A stretch of DNA of 64,000 bases. Source: Alphaproteobacteria bacterium (GTDB lineage Bacteria; Pseudomonadota; Alphaproteobacteria; MPNO01; UBA830). Location: the NCBI GenBank assembly GCA_964291215.2, contig OZ219790.1, positions 224,001 through 288,000 on the forward strand. Reading direction: 5' to 3'. Both the position numbers and the translations under genes were made by a program. Each line of letters opens with the position of its first letter. The stretch's first letter is position 1. Positions 12,641-23,050 of the stretch are shown one piece after another. The notes beneath the pieces were generated by a model. It saw nothing but the letters and a program-made list of their open reading frames with translations, did no database searches and was not told the DNA's origin.

Positions 12641-13216
12641 TGTTGTCGGTTGGGTAAAACGGCGGGATTTTGGCGATTCGCCGCGCTTTTCAGGACCGTG
12701 TTTCTTTGCTGTTGTCAGGTCCTGTTGTCGCGGTTTCAGTGTTTGTCTGTTTGTCTCTGTGAACCCCGCTCGTTTTCTTCCCTGTTGTCGTTTCGGTCCG
12801 GTTCCGGTTTTTCTGCCGGCATGTGATCCGGGCTCCTGAGGGTTGTCGGGAGGGTTCTGGTGTTTCGCGGGATCGTCTGCCTTCCCTGCCGCCCGGGTCC
12901 TGTTGTCCGGGCCCGGGGCGCCCTCGCAACGCCAGCACGAACAGATCAGCCTCGCCGCAAGGAGCCTTCCCAACGTCAGGACCATCGTCCTCGCGCAGGA
13001 CCACGGCGAGGCCGGAGAACGTCAGGCCGAAACCCTCCGCACAAGGCTGAAGGTCCCCCTCGCGTCACGCTCCACAGACGCCGACCGCCAGAAAACGAAG
13101 ACCGCGCGGCCTCTCGTCAACGCCGCATGTCTTCGTGCCCGTGTTCGCCCAATCCACACACCGCTCAAAAGCGCGGTTCTCCGCCGAAATCCCGCCGTTC
13201 TGAATCGCCGCCGACA
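12641..13216. mobile_element. Non-autonomous TG...CA mini-transposon (Tn7/Mu/TnsB-type ends)
   Basis: Starts TGTTGTC and ends CCGACA, flanked by CCTGC on both sides (12636-12640, 13217-13221). About 50-bp imperfect terminal IRs align without gaps; TGTTGTC recurs internally. Confidence 0.75.
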
Positions 13217-13604
13217 CCTGCCCCGCCGTCGGGCGCCCCCCGCCGCCACCGTGATCTCATGCTGATTCGGAGACGCGAAATCCGAATGCGTTGGATCTCG
13301 CGTCATCACAGATCGCCTCCTTGATCGCAATTTTCGTGCCGAGAAGGCCCCGTCGAGCCTTGGCGGCACGATTGCAGCGCGACGCAAACTGAAAAAATCT
13401 CGCCAGTCGTCGCTGGATTAGCAGCGTCGGATCACCGTGCCCGGCCGCAGCCGCCAATGGCAACGTCTCTTTCCAGGTGCTATTCTCACCGCACCCGATG
13501 CATGCATCCGGTCGGCGGACATGGCTGCTTCAGACCCCGCATGTCTGGAGGCGTCGCGGTGGACCGGCTCGCGGCGGCCGCCGACAGGGACGGATCGTGC
13601 AGAG

Positions 13605-14390
13605 ATGAGCGACGGAAACACCCTTATCAGGATCGAGAATGTCGGAAAGACCTTCGTCGGCCAGGACGGGGAACGGATCATTGCGCTCGATAACACGGAT
13701 CTCGGCATAGGGCACGGTGAGTTCCTCTCCATCGTCGGCCCCAGCGGATGCGGCAAGAGCACGCTTCTTTCGCTGGTCGCCGGCCTCCTCGAAACCACGA
13801 CCGGCGCGGTACGGATCGGCGGCACTACGGTTTCGGGGCCCTATACCGACATCGGCTTCGCATTCCAGAGCGACCTGCTGGTTGACTGGCGGACGGTTCT
13901 CGGAAACGTAATGCTGCAATGCGACATGCGCGGACTGGCGCGTCGCGACCACGAACCGCGGGCGCGCGAACTGATCGCCTCGGTTGGACTGGAGGGATTC
14001 GAGGACAAGCGCCCGTTCGAGCTTTCCGGCGGCATGCGCCAGCGCGTCGCCCTGTGCCGTGCCCTGCTCCTCGATCCGCCGGTGCTACTGATGGACGAGC
14101 CGTTCGGGGCACTTGACGCGCTGACCAGGGAACAGATGCAGGTCGATCTCCTCGCGATGTGGCAGGAAACCAGCAAGACCGTGCTGTTCGTCACGCACAG
14201 CATCAGCGAAGCCGTCTTTCTTTCCGACAGGATCGTCGTAATGACGCCGAGGCCCGGCAGGGTGTGCGAGATTATTGACGTCGATCTCGAGAGGCCGCGG
14301 GATTTCACGATACGCGACACCGCCAGCTTCGGTGCCATCGTGCACCGCACCCGGCTTCTGTTCCAGGAAATGGGTGTCATTCACAAATAG
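13605..14390 (+). CDS. ABC transporter ATP-binding protein (NitT/TauT family)
   Basis: GPSGCGKST, LSGGMRQR, LLMDEPFGALD and FVTHS motifs. Confidence 0.93.
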   Translation: MSDGNTLIRIENVGKTFVGQDGERIIALDNTDLGIGHGEFLSIVGPSGCGKSTLLSLVAGLLETTTGAVRIGGTTVSGPYTDIGFAFQSDLLVDWRTVLGNVMLQCDMRGLARRDHEPRARELIASVGLEGFEDKRPFELSGGMRQRVALCRALLLDPPVLLMDEPFGALDALTREQMQVDLLAMWQETSKTVLFVTHSISEAVFLSDRIVVMTPRPGRVCEIIDVDLERPRDFTIRDTASFGAIVHRTRLLFQEMGVIHK

Positions 14391-14401
14391 GCGCGAAGAC
14401 C

Positions 14402-15226
14402 ATGGCCACAACCGAAACGCAGACAACCGCAACCGACCAGAAACCCCGCCGGGCGAGGCGGCGCTGGCACATCGACGCGTTCTGGATGCTGCTTTCGCTC
14501 CTCATGATCCTTGGAATCTGGGAGGCGCTGGTTGCGGTCTTCTCGCTTCCCGCGCACCTGCTCCCGCGGCCCTGGGCGGTGGTGATCTCGGCGCTCACCA
14601 GCTGGAACGAGATTGCAAACCATTCGTGGGACACGATCATCGCCGTGCTCGCCGGCTACGTGCTTGCGATCGCCGTCGCGATACCAACCGCGATCGTGAT
14701 CGTGCTTTCGCCCCAAGCCGAACGTCTACTCTACCCCCCGCTCGTCGCCACCCAGAGCATCCCCAAGATCGCACTGGCGCCGCTCTTCATCGTCTGGTTC
14801 GGTTTCGGCATCGAGACCAAGGTCTCGGTCGCCTTCCTGATCTGTTTCTTCCCCATCGTGGTCGACACGATCGTCGGACTCCGCAGCATCGATCCGGCGC
14901 TTATCCAGCTGGCCCGCTCGATGGGCGCGCCGCCGCGACGGATCTTCCTCAGCCTGCGTCTGCCAGGCGCGCTGCCCAGCATCTTCGGCGGCCTCAAGGT
15001 CGCTTCGGCGCTGGCCGTGGTCGGAGCACTGACCGGCGAATACATCGCCTCGGATTCGGGGCTCGGCTACATACTTCTTAGTGCCTCGGGGGAGATGAAC
15101 ACGCCGCTCCTGTTCGGCGTCCTGATTGTGCTGTCAATTCTTGCCATGCTATTCTTCTATGCGATAGAGATACTGGAGAAGTTCCTGATCCCGTGGCACG
15201 TCTCCCAGCGCGGCCACATTCAGTAG
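14402..15226 (+). CDS. ABC transporter permease (NitT/TauT family)
   Basis: Hydrophobic; PKIALAPLFIVWFGFG, EAA-like ARSMGA and LPGALP. Confidence 0.92.
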   Translation: MATTETQTTATDQKPRRARRRWHIDAFWMLLSLLMILGIWEALVAVFSLPAHLLPRPWAVVISALTSWNEIANHSWDTIIAVLAGYVLAIAVAIPTAIVIVLSPQAERLLYPPLVATQSIPKIALAPLFIVWFGFGIETKVSVAFLICFFPIVVDTIVGLRSIDPALIQLARSMGAPPRRIFLSLRLPGALPSIFGGLKVASALAVVGALTGEYIASDSGLGYILLSASGEMNTPLLFGVLIVLSILAMLFFYAIEILEKFLIPWHVSQRGHIQ

Positions 15227-15305
15227 CCGGACCACGTGCGGCTGGGGGCGACACTCCGGCGAACAGCCCTGGCAAGCGGTGGGGCGAAAAACAGGGAGCA
15301 AGACA

Positions 15306-16271
15306 ATGATCAGAACCGCAACCATCGCGGCAGCCGCAGCAGCAGCGCTGCTGACAACGACATCGGCCCGGGCGGCGGATGATGTCACCCTCCGCCTTGA
15401 TTGGGTGCTCGGCGGCTACCACGCCGTCTGGCACTATGCCAAGGCCAAGGGTGTGTTCGCGAAGAACGGCATCAATATCACGCTCAGCGAGGGCCGCGGC
15501 TCGATGACGACATCGCAGACCGTCGGCAACCAGTCTGACGAATTTGGCACCGCGGACGGCGGCGCCATGATGGTGCTCCGATCCAAGGGCCTCAAGACCA
15601 AGATGGTTGCCGGCTACCTGCGCACCGGCCCGAGCGCCCTGATCTTCCCCAAGTCCAAGGGCTGGAAGAGCTGGAAGGACGTGAACAACGCAAAGATCGC
15701 CGATTCGGCGGGCGGCAGCACGATCTACCTGTTCAAGGCGGTCGAGAAGGCGGTCGGCATCGGCGGCAACAAGATCATTCTCGTAGCACCGCCCGCCAAG
15801 GTCAGCTCCGTACTTTCGGGCAAGGTCGACGGCACCAACTCCTTTGGCTTCCTGCAGGTGCCAATCATGGAATCAAAGGGTACCCCTGCGGCCTATCTGA
15901 GCTTCGCCGACGCTGGAATCAATGTTCCGGGCCTCGCGCTGATCACGCACGAAAACATGATCCGCGACAAGAAGGATCTCGTCGGCCGCATGGTCGCCTC
16001 GACCCAGGAAGCGCTCAGGATCGTGCAAGAGGATCCGGAAGGCGCGATCGACGCGCTCCGGAAGGTCAAGCCGACCCTCGACCGCAAGATTCACCTCGCG
16101 ATCCTGAAGTCCTCATTCGCGCTCTATCACAGCAAGGCGAGCGCCGGAAAACCGCTGGGCTGGATACCGCCGGCCGACATCGAAACGGCACAGAACCTGC
16201 TGGTCGAGTACGAGCAGATCAAGGCCAAGGCGCCCGTCGGGGACTACTTCACGAACGCCTTCATCCGTTGA
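15306..16271 (+). CDS. ABC substrate-binding protein (NMT1/THI5-like)
   Basis: Signal peptide, VTLRLDW...H and EGRGS motifs; in operon with the ATPase and permease. Confidence 0.87.
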   Translation: MIRTATIAAAAAAALLTTTSARAADDVTLRLDWVLGGYHAVWHYAKAKGVFAKNGINITLSEGRGSMTTSQTVGNQSDEFGTADGGAMMVLRSKGLKTKMVAGYLRTGPSALIFPKSKGWKSWKDVNNAKIADSAGGSTIYLFKAVEKAVGIGGNKIILVAPPAKVSSVLSGKVDGTNSFGFLQVPIMESKGTPAAYLSFADAGINVPGLALITHENMIRDKKDLVGRMVASTQEALRIVQEDPEGAIDALRKVKPTLDRKIHLAILKSSFALYHSKASAGKPLGWIPPADIETAQNLLVEYEQIKAKAPVGDYFTNAFIR

Positions 16272-16282
16272 AGCCCGCCGCC

Positions 16283-16813
16283 ATGGCGACGAGCGTCGCG
16301 CGGCATCCGAGACCGCCCGAATTCGAGGGTATGCCGGTCGAGGAGATTGCCGACCGTCAGATTGCGCACTTCAAGGACCGCAAGCCCGACTGGGCAGCTT
16401 TTGCCGACGCGCTGATCGACGGCTACCGGCGCGCGCAGCACAGGTTCATCGGCAACACCAGCGGCAAGCGCGACGACGGCGTGATCGCCGCCGCCGCGTT
16501 CACGCTGAGCATCATGTACGTGCCGCCCGGTGAGGGTAACGCACCGCACACCCATGAGGCCGAGGAAGTGTTCTTCGTTCTTCAAGGGCACCTGACGGTG
16601 TTCTTCGAAGACGAGGACGGGTGCCGCGTCGAGCGCCATCTCGGCCCGTGGGATTGCGTGTCATGCCCGGCCGGTGTGATCCACGGCTACAGCAACGACA
16701 GCGTGGAGCCGGTCTACATGCAGGTCATGCTCGGCACCGGGCAGAAGCCGGACCTGATGGGGTACGCGGAAGAAGGGCTCTACCGCAAGCGCGACGCTCA
16801 CCTGAAGGGATAG
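16283..16813 (+). CDS. Cupin-domain protein
   Basis: PHTHEAEEVFFVLQG and PAGVIHG cupin motifs. Confidence 0.88.
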   Translation: MATSVARHPRPPEFEGMPVEEIADRQIAHFKDRKPDWAAFADALIDGYRRAQHRFIGNTSGKRDDGVIAAAAFTLSIMYVPPGEGNAPHTHEAEEVFFVLQGHLTVFFEDEDGCRVERHLGPWDCVSCPAGVIHGYSNDSVEPVYMQVMLGTGQKPDLMGYAEEGLYRKRDAHLKG

Positions 16814-16838
16814 TAGCGGCCAGCAGCCGGCGAAGCAT

Positions 16839-17627
16839 TCAGTTGAAGCTCAGCCCGCCATCGGGCTCGAAGATCTGGCCGGTGATATAGCGCGCCTCTT
16901 CGGAGCAGAGGAAGAGCATCGGCTTGGCCAGATCCTCGATCGTGGTCAGCCGCGGCAGGCACTGCTGCTTGCGGAACATTTCGAAGACCTCGTCGGGTGC
17001 CGACGGCCTCGGCACCTCGGTCCTGATGATTCCAGGCCAGAACGTGTTGACTGTGATGTTCCAGGGGCCGAGTTCGCGCGCCATCGAGCGCGTCATTCCG
17101 ATCATGGCTGATTTCGACGTGATGTAGTGGAGGTAGTTGGCGGAGCCGAGCGCGACCGTTCCCGAGGTCACGTTGACAATACGGCCGTGGTTGTTGTCCT
17201 GCATTGCCGGCACCACGGCGCGCGCGCAGTAGAAGGCGCCGGTAACGTTCACCCGCATGGCCCGGTCCCACTCGTCGAGCGGCAATTCCCAGAAGGGCGC
17301 CATCGTGATACGCGAGAACAGCGCGGCGTTGTTGATCAGCACGTCGATCCGCCCGGCTGCAGAAAGCGCTGCGTCGACCATTGCGGCCACCGACGACATG
17401 TCCGAGACGTCGGTCTCGAACGCGTGGGCTTTGCCGCCGGCGTCTTCGATCGCCTGCCTGACGGCATGGCCTTTCGCGCCGTCGATCTCGGCGATGACCG
17501 GGATTGCCCCCTGTGCGGCGAAGTGATGGGCGTAGCCGCGGCCTATGCCCTGCCCGGCCCCGGTAATCACCACTACCCGGTCCCTGAGGCTGTCGTAGCG
17601 AGCAGTAACGGTTACATTCTGCATCAT
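16839..17627 (-). CDS. SDR-family oxidoreductase
   Basis: TGAGQGIG, NNAA and YITSK (YxxxK) motifs. Confidence 0.92.
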   Translation of the reverse strand: MMQNVTVTARYDSLRDRVVVITGAGQGIGRGYAHHFAAQGAIPVIAEIDGAKGHAVRQAIEDAGGKAHAFETDVSDMSSVAAMVDAALSAAGRIDVLINNAALFSRITMAPFWELPLDEWDRAMRVNVTGAFYCARAVVPAMQDNNHGRIVNVTSGTVALGSANYLHYITSKSAMIGMTRSMARELGPWNITVNTFWPGIIRTEVPRPSAPDEVFEMFRKQQCLPRLTTIEDLAKPMLFLCSEEARYITGQIFEPDGGLSFN

Positions 17628-17833
17628 CGTTCCTCACCCCTTGCGTATCGCACCGGCACACGGCAACCCGCGAGTCCGAAGACGACCTAATCCGCTCGCC
17701 TCGCAATGTGCGAGGCGAGCGGATAGGGTACCAGCCCCATCGCAGAAAAACAGGATCCCGAGCCATGGCACCGGACACGGGCACCAGCTATCCCTAGATT
17801 GGCGGCAGGGTAGACGAACTTACCGAAGCCCGC

Positions 17834-18740
17834 GTGGCAGACCTTCGTTCGCCGTGGAACGGCGAACTCGTGGCGCGAGTTGCCATGGCAGACACCGCAA
17901 CCATCGACTGCGCCGTCAAGACCGCGCACGCTGCCTTCACGGCGAAACTCGACGCCACCGCCGCCCGACGAGCGGACTGGCTCCGTGCCGCAGCCGACGA
18001 ACTCGCGGGCGCGAAGGACGAGATCGCCGACATCACCATGCGCACGCTCGGCAAGCCGCGCCGTGCCTGCGGCTTCGAGGTCTCAAGATCGGTCGCGTTT
18101 CCGCGGCTGTGCGCGGAAGAACTGCTGCGCATGGACGGCGAGGTCCTGGCGCTCGATGCACTGCCGATGGGCGCCGGGCGATTCGGTTTCACGCGGCGTC
18201 ATCCACACGGCGTCATCGCCGCCTTCACGCCCTTCAACGCGCCCTCGAACCTCCTGATGCAGAAGCTCGCACCGGCAATCGCGATGGGCAACGCGGTGAT
18301 CATCAAGCCGGCCTTTGAGGGCGTGGGCGAAGCGCTCCTCATAGCCGAGTGCTTCAGCCGGGCCCGCGTGCCGGACGGGCTTGTCAACGTCGTTTCCTGC
18401 CGGCGCGACGTTACCGGCCACCTTGTAGCGCACCCCGATGTCGCACTGGTAACGCTCACGGGCGGGACCGCGGCCGGCCACGCGCTCGCCCGCGCCGCCG
18501 GCGCCAAGCCCTTTGTCGGCAAACTCGGCGGCAACTCGGCGAACATAGTCTGCGCTGACGCAGACCTCGAGGATGCTACGAAACGCATTGTGCCGTCGGC
18601 CTTCGAGGCAAGCGGACAGCAATGCATCTCGGCGCAACGCGTGATCGTGGAACGGACAGCGCTCGACGAATTTCTGGGCCATTTCGTCGCCGCGGCGAAG
18701 GCGCTCAGGGTCGGCGACCCGACCCTGCCCGAAACTGACC
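17834..18740 (+). pseudogene. Aldehyde dehydrogenase truncated by IS630
   Basis: TPFNAP, IIKPA, TGGT..G, KLGGNS (normally ELGG) and GQQCIS motifs. Frame runs into the IS end at CTAG 18740; 3' half is absent. Confidence 0.85.
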
Positions 18741-18742
18741 TA

Positions 18743-19958
18743 GTAGTCCACCGGCATTGTATTGATGGTTTTTTGTGGGTAGTATTTTCGTGTCGGCGTT
18801 CGTTGGAATCTGGACAGTGCCGATATCCACACGGGCAAGATGCCGAACAGGCAGGCAGCGCCATGCGCAGGTCCGGACAACGGGAGCGGCGCAATGACAG
18901 GAGCAGCGCATATGACCAACTCTCTGGGCAGGAAGCTCTACCGCGTGACCCTTTCAGCGCAGGAGCGCCGGGATCTGAAGGCAATCGTCGACGGCACCGG
19001 GGCTGCCTGGCGCCGGGCACAGGTCCTGATGCTGAGGGGGCGCTTGTCGATGCCGACATTGCGCAAGGGCTGGGCATCGGCACGGCGACGGTCGAACGCT
19101 TGCGCAAGCGCTGCGTCCTGGAGGGGCTGGAGGCCGCCCTCAGCCGCAAGGAGCAGGTGAACCGTCGGCCAAAACGGGGGCGATGGAGGCGAAGCTGGTC
19201 GCCCTGTTCGTCCCCGCCCGAGGGCTGTGCCCGCTGCTCGTCGGCCGTCTGGTGGAGATCGTCGAGCGCATTTCGGAAGAGACGGTCAGGAAGACGCTCA
19301 AAAAAAAAGAGATCAAGCCGTGGCTGAAGCAGTACTGGTGCATTCCACCGCACCGGAGCGCACAGTTCGTGGCGGTGGATGTGCTTGACATTTATCAGCG
19401 GGACTTTGCCAGGGACGAGGTGCTGAGACCAGCCGGCAGCAGACGAAGGAGACCCGCATCCCCCGGTCAGCCGGAGGTGGTCGACTATGAATATGAGCGC
19501 AACGGCACGGCCAAGCTCTTCCTGGCCTTTGCGCCCAACGAAAACTGGCGCACGGTGAAAGTCACCGACCGCCGCGGGACTGGGCACACTTCATCCGGGA
19601 GCTTGCCGACATCCATTTCCCCGACAGGAAGATCGTGCTGGACAATCTGAACACGCACAATCCCTCATCGCTGTATGAAGCCTTCGAGCCCGAGGAGGCG
19701 GGTGCGAAAGCGGTTCGAGTTTCGCTACACGCCGAAGCACGGGATCTGGCTCAACATGGCCGAAATCGAGATCGGTGCGCTGTCGCGGCAGTGTCTTCGA
19801 CGACGCATTCCCGACCGTGACACCATGCTGCGGGAGACGGCAGCATGGGTGGAACGGCGCAATGCGACCAATGTCACTGTCGACTGGCGTTTCACGACGA
19901 AGGATGCCCGGACGAAACTGAAGTCACTATATCCGGCAATTCAATAATGTTAGACTAC
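18743..19958 (+). mobile_element. IS630-family element, type A, copy 1 (frameshifted)
   Basis: Ends (TA)GTAGTC...GACTAC(TA) in CTAG. Transposase fragments DYEYERNGT, DNLNTH, YTPKHG.WLNMAE and LKSLYP. Confidence 0.9.
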
Positions 19959-19960
19959 TA

Positions 19961-20789
19961 GGCTGTGTACCCAAATGTTGACATTTTGCATGATCTGCCT
20001 TATTCCTGCTGAAAGCGATTCACAAGGAGAGTGAAGGATGAGCGGCGACCGACACGACATGAGCGACGCGGAGTAGGAGGTTCTCCGCTCGGTGCTTCCT
20101 GACAAGCACCAGGGCCCGGAGCGGGTGCATGTGACCGGAGGAACGGGATATTCTTCGTGCTTCGCACCGATACGCCGTGGCGCGACCTGCGCTACGGTCC
20201 GTCTGCTTCAACCGGTGGAGCAAGAACGGCACCTGGGCGTCGATCATGGAGAAGCTTCAAAGGCTCACGCGCGGCGATGACGGGAGTGACGATGGCAAGC
20301 TCGGCTCGGTTCATCTGCGCATGGTGGACTCATCGTCGGTGCGCGTTCACAAGCACGGTGCTAGGGTGTCCCGGGACGACGGGCCTTCACAGATCGGACT
20401 GAGCCGTGGCGGACGAACGACGAAGATCCATCTTGGCGAGAACGAGAGGGTGAAGACCGTGTTCCTGACCCCGGGCCAAGCGGCCGACTGCGCGCAGGCG
20501 TTTCTCGCCGACCTCGGGCGAGACGGTGGTCGGCGACAAGGCCTACGACACCGACGCCATCTGATCGAGACGGCAGGAGCAACCGCGGTCATGAAATCCA
20601 ACCGGACATCGCCACGGCCGCTCGACCGCGAGATCTACAGGATGCGCAACCTGGTCGAGCGGTTCTTCGGCAAGATCAAAGAGTTCCGACGGACCCGTTA
20701 TGACAAGGAACTTCCTCTCCGCCGTGCAACTGGCTGCCAGCCGATTCTTGCTCCGCAGAATCGCAAACCAATTATTTGAGTCCACAGCC
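19961..20789 (+). mobile_element. IS5-family element (IS427-like), degenerate
   Basis: IRs GGCTGTGTACCCAAA / TTTGAGTCCACAGCC flanked by TA. Fragments MVDSSSVRVHKHGA, SRGGRTTKIH and RNLVERFF.KIKEFRR. Confidence 0.88.
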
Positions 20790-20807
20790 TAACAGGGCAA
20801 TTTAGAC

Positions 20808-21113
20808 ATGAATGCACAGTTGGCTATCCCCAAGTCCGAACTGGCTAATTTCTGCCAAGAGAACGGCATCCGACGTCTGGCAATTTTCGGCTCGGCGTTA
20901 CGGGCAGACTTCGGCCCCGAGAGCGATATTGACTTACTGGTCGAGTTTGCACCAGGTCGCGCACCCGGCCTGTTGGGCATAGCCGGCATGGAGACCGAGT
21001 TGTCGTGTCTGTTCGGCGGCCGCAAGGTGGACCTGAGAACTCCGGAAGATCTCAGCCGGTATTTCCGCCAGGAAGTCCTCGACACGGCGGAAGTCCAATA
21101 TGCGCAAGGATGA
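20808..21113 (+). CDS. mntA: Minimal nucleotidyltransferase (MNT) antitoxin
   Basis: [21 protein letters not shown] (GS-x10-DxD) and RKVDL; adjacent to a HEPN gene. Confidence 0.88.
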   Translation: MNAQLAIPKSELANFCQENGIRRLAIFGSALRADFGPESDIDLLVEFAPGRAPGLLGIAGMETELSCLFGGRKVDLRTPEDLSRYFRQEVLDTAEVQYAQG

Positions 21114-21461
21114 CGAATCCGATTGCTGCACATGCTAGACGCCGCGCGAGAAGCGGTGTCCTTCGCTGAAGGGCAGACGCGCGGCGACCTCGACAATGAT
21201 CGCCAGCTGGTCCTTGCGCTGGTCAAAGATGTCGAGATCGTCGGCGAGGCAGCAGCCCAGGTTACCATGTCCACACGCCAACATTTTCCGGAAATACCGT
21301 GGGAGCAGATCGTCGGAATGCGTAATCGACTCGTTCATGCATATTTCGACATCAACCTCGATATCGTCTGGAGAACGGTACAGGGAGACTTGCCGGAACT
21401 GATCTCTCTGCTCGAACCGGTCATTCTGTTTGAGCGCGGCCCGACACCGGAATCGGATTAG
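21100..21461 (+). CDS. hepT: HepT/DUF86 HEPN RNase toxin, apparent 1-nt frameshift near the start
   Basis: RNRLVHAY (RX4HXY) and IPW..I.GMRN motifs. ATG 21100 (MRKDDE) is out of frame with the body by one base; alternative TTG start at 21123. Confidence 0.82.
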
Positions 21462-21534
21462 TAACGCGCGCGCCCATCGATTGTCTGATCGTCAATTCTT
21501 CCTACGAGGAGCCAATAAATAATATTATGTGAGG

Positions 21535-23044
21535 GTAACTGCTCACCCCCTGGTTCCGGCTTGATGTCGGGGTAGAGTAACGAACGGGTTTTCGTGGAGA
21601 TTTGACACTGCAGGCCGATTCGTTTAGTGGTGGTAATCGAGAACGACGGGGACCGCCAGTGGGCTACTTTGGATCGAAGGCGACGAGCGGGCTGTGCCAG
21701 CTGCTTCCGGGGCTCCAGCCCCCGCATGATCTGTATGTGGAAACGCATCTCGGAGGCGGCGCGCTGATGAAGCGCAAGGCCGGGTGATGGCGACGGGCGG
21801 CGCGCGAGGAGTTCGAAGCGGCCAAGACCGCGGCGCTGCCGGCAAGGTGGCGGAAGAGGCCGTCATCCGCGTCCTCGTCATCCTGCTCGACATCATCATC
21901 GTCGTCCTTCTGGAGAAGACCACGCACGAACCGGAACTCCGGTTTGCCGCCGTCACAGACGGACAAGAGCGTGCCGGGAGCAACGGCAAGGGCCCGAAGC
22001 CGAACCAGCATATGGGCGACAACCTGCGCAAGACCATCGTCGAGGAGACGGTCGCGGCCTGCGACGCCTGCGGCGCTGACGGCCCCGTCGATCGGGAGCG
22101 CCGCACGACATCGTGTTCGAGGTCGCGCCGCGCCGAGATCAAGGAATGCCCGAAGTGCAAGGGCCGGTTCCCCGACAACATCCCGTGCAGTACGGCATTC
22201 AGGCCCTCGTCATCAACCTGCTGGTCGCCCAGATGCTGTCCCTGCGCCGTGCCGTCGCGTTCGTGCAGGCGATCTCCGGCATCGAGCTCTCCGAGGCAAC
22301 CTGCCTCAGCTATGCTTTCACGATGCGTCATGGGAGGAGGCCGCCGTGGCGCACCTCCTGCAACGCCCGATGTCGACGATTTCGGATCAACAGTAAGTGG
22401 CTTCATGTCGTGGGACCCTGACGTGCAAGTTCCCGCACCGCAAGCGCGGGCAAGAGATCGGCCCGTGCTACAAGGGCGTCCTGGGCCACGACTGCTGGGC
22501 CTCGTACATGGGCCAGTGTAGCCACCAGCTGTGCGGCAGCCACCTGCTGCGCGAACTGACCTTTGTCGTCGAGGCTACCGCGCGACTGATGAAGAGCCTG
22601 CTCCCTGCCACAAGGTCAACAAGAGCGCATCCAAGACCCTGAACGACGCCGGGCGCAAGCGCTACCGCACTATCCTCACTCAGGGCGCCAGGGAACTGCC
22701 CGACATCCCGCCGCCGACGAAAGGAAAACGTGGACGCAAGTCCGACGCGCACAACCTGCACGAACGTCTCGTGAAACACGAAAACCTGCGCTTCATAGAC
22801 AACCCCGACGTCAGCTTCACCAACAATGCCGGAGAACAGAAGATCAGGATGGCAAAGCTCAAGGTGTCCGGATGCTTCCGCTCCACGCAAAAGCATGGTG
22901 CCGGGGCTCAAGCTACCTCACCTCCATGGCCGCACTTGGCTACAATCATCACGTCGCAACCCAGATCGCCCTCGACGGAAAAGCCGCAGACATCATCAAC
23001 GAGCACTACGACCAATCAGAACCCAACTAGGGGTGAGTAGATAC
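21535..23044 (+). mobile_element. IS66-family element copy 1 carrying a Dam N-terminal fragment
   Basis: IRs GTAACTGCTCACCCC / GGGGTGAGTAGATAC with 8-bp TSD ATGTGAGG. Fragments HDCWASY, HQLCGSHLLREL and FTNN.GEQKIRMAK..VSGCFR. Confidence 0.9.
21659..21787 (+). pseudogene. DNA adenine methyltransferase (D12/Dam class) N-terminal fragment inside IS66
   Basis: GYFGSKATSGLCQ...PPHDLYVETHLGGG resembles Dam motifs X and I; no DPPY. Confidence 0.7.
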
Positions 23045-23050
23045 ATGTGA

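Noticed and set aside
12641-12910. Recurrent TGTTGTC motifs as a CRISPR array or iteron origin
   Set aside because: The repeats are only 7-9 bp with irregular spacing and there is no cas or rep gene; transposon end sites explain them better.
17834-19327. 497-aa ORF as a novel ALDH fusion
   Set aside because: The C-terminal part is out-of-frame read-through into IS630.
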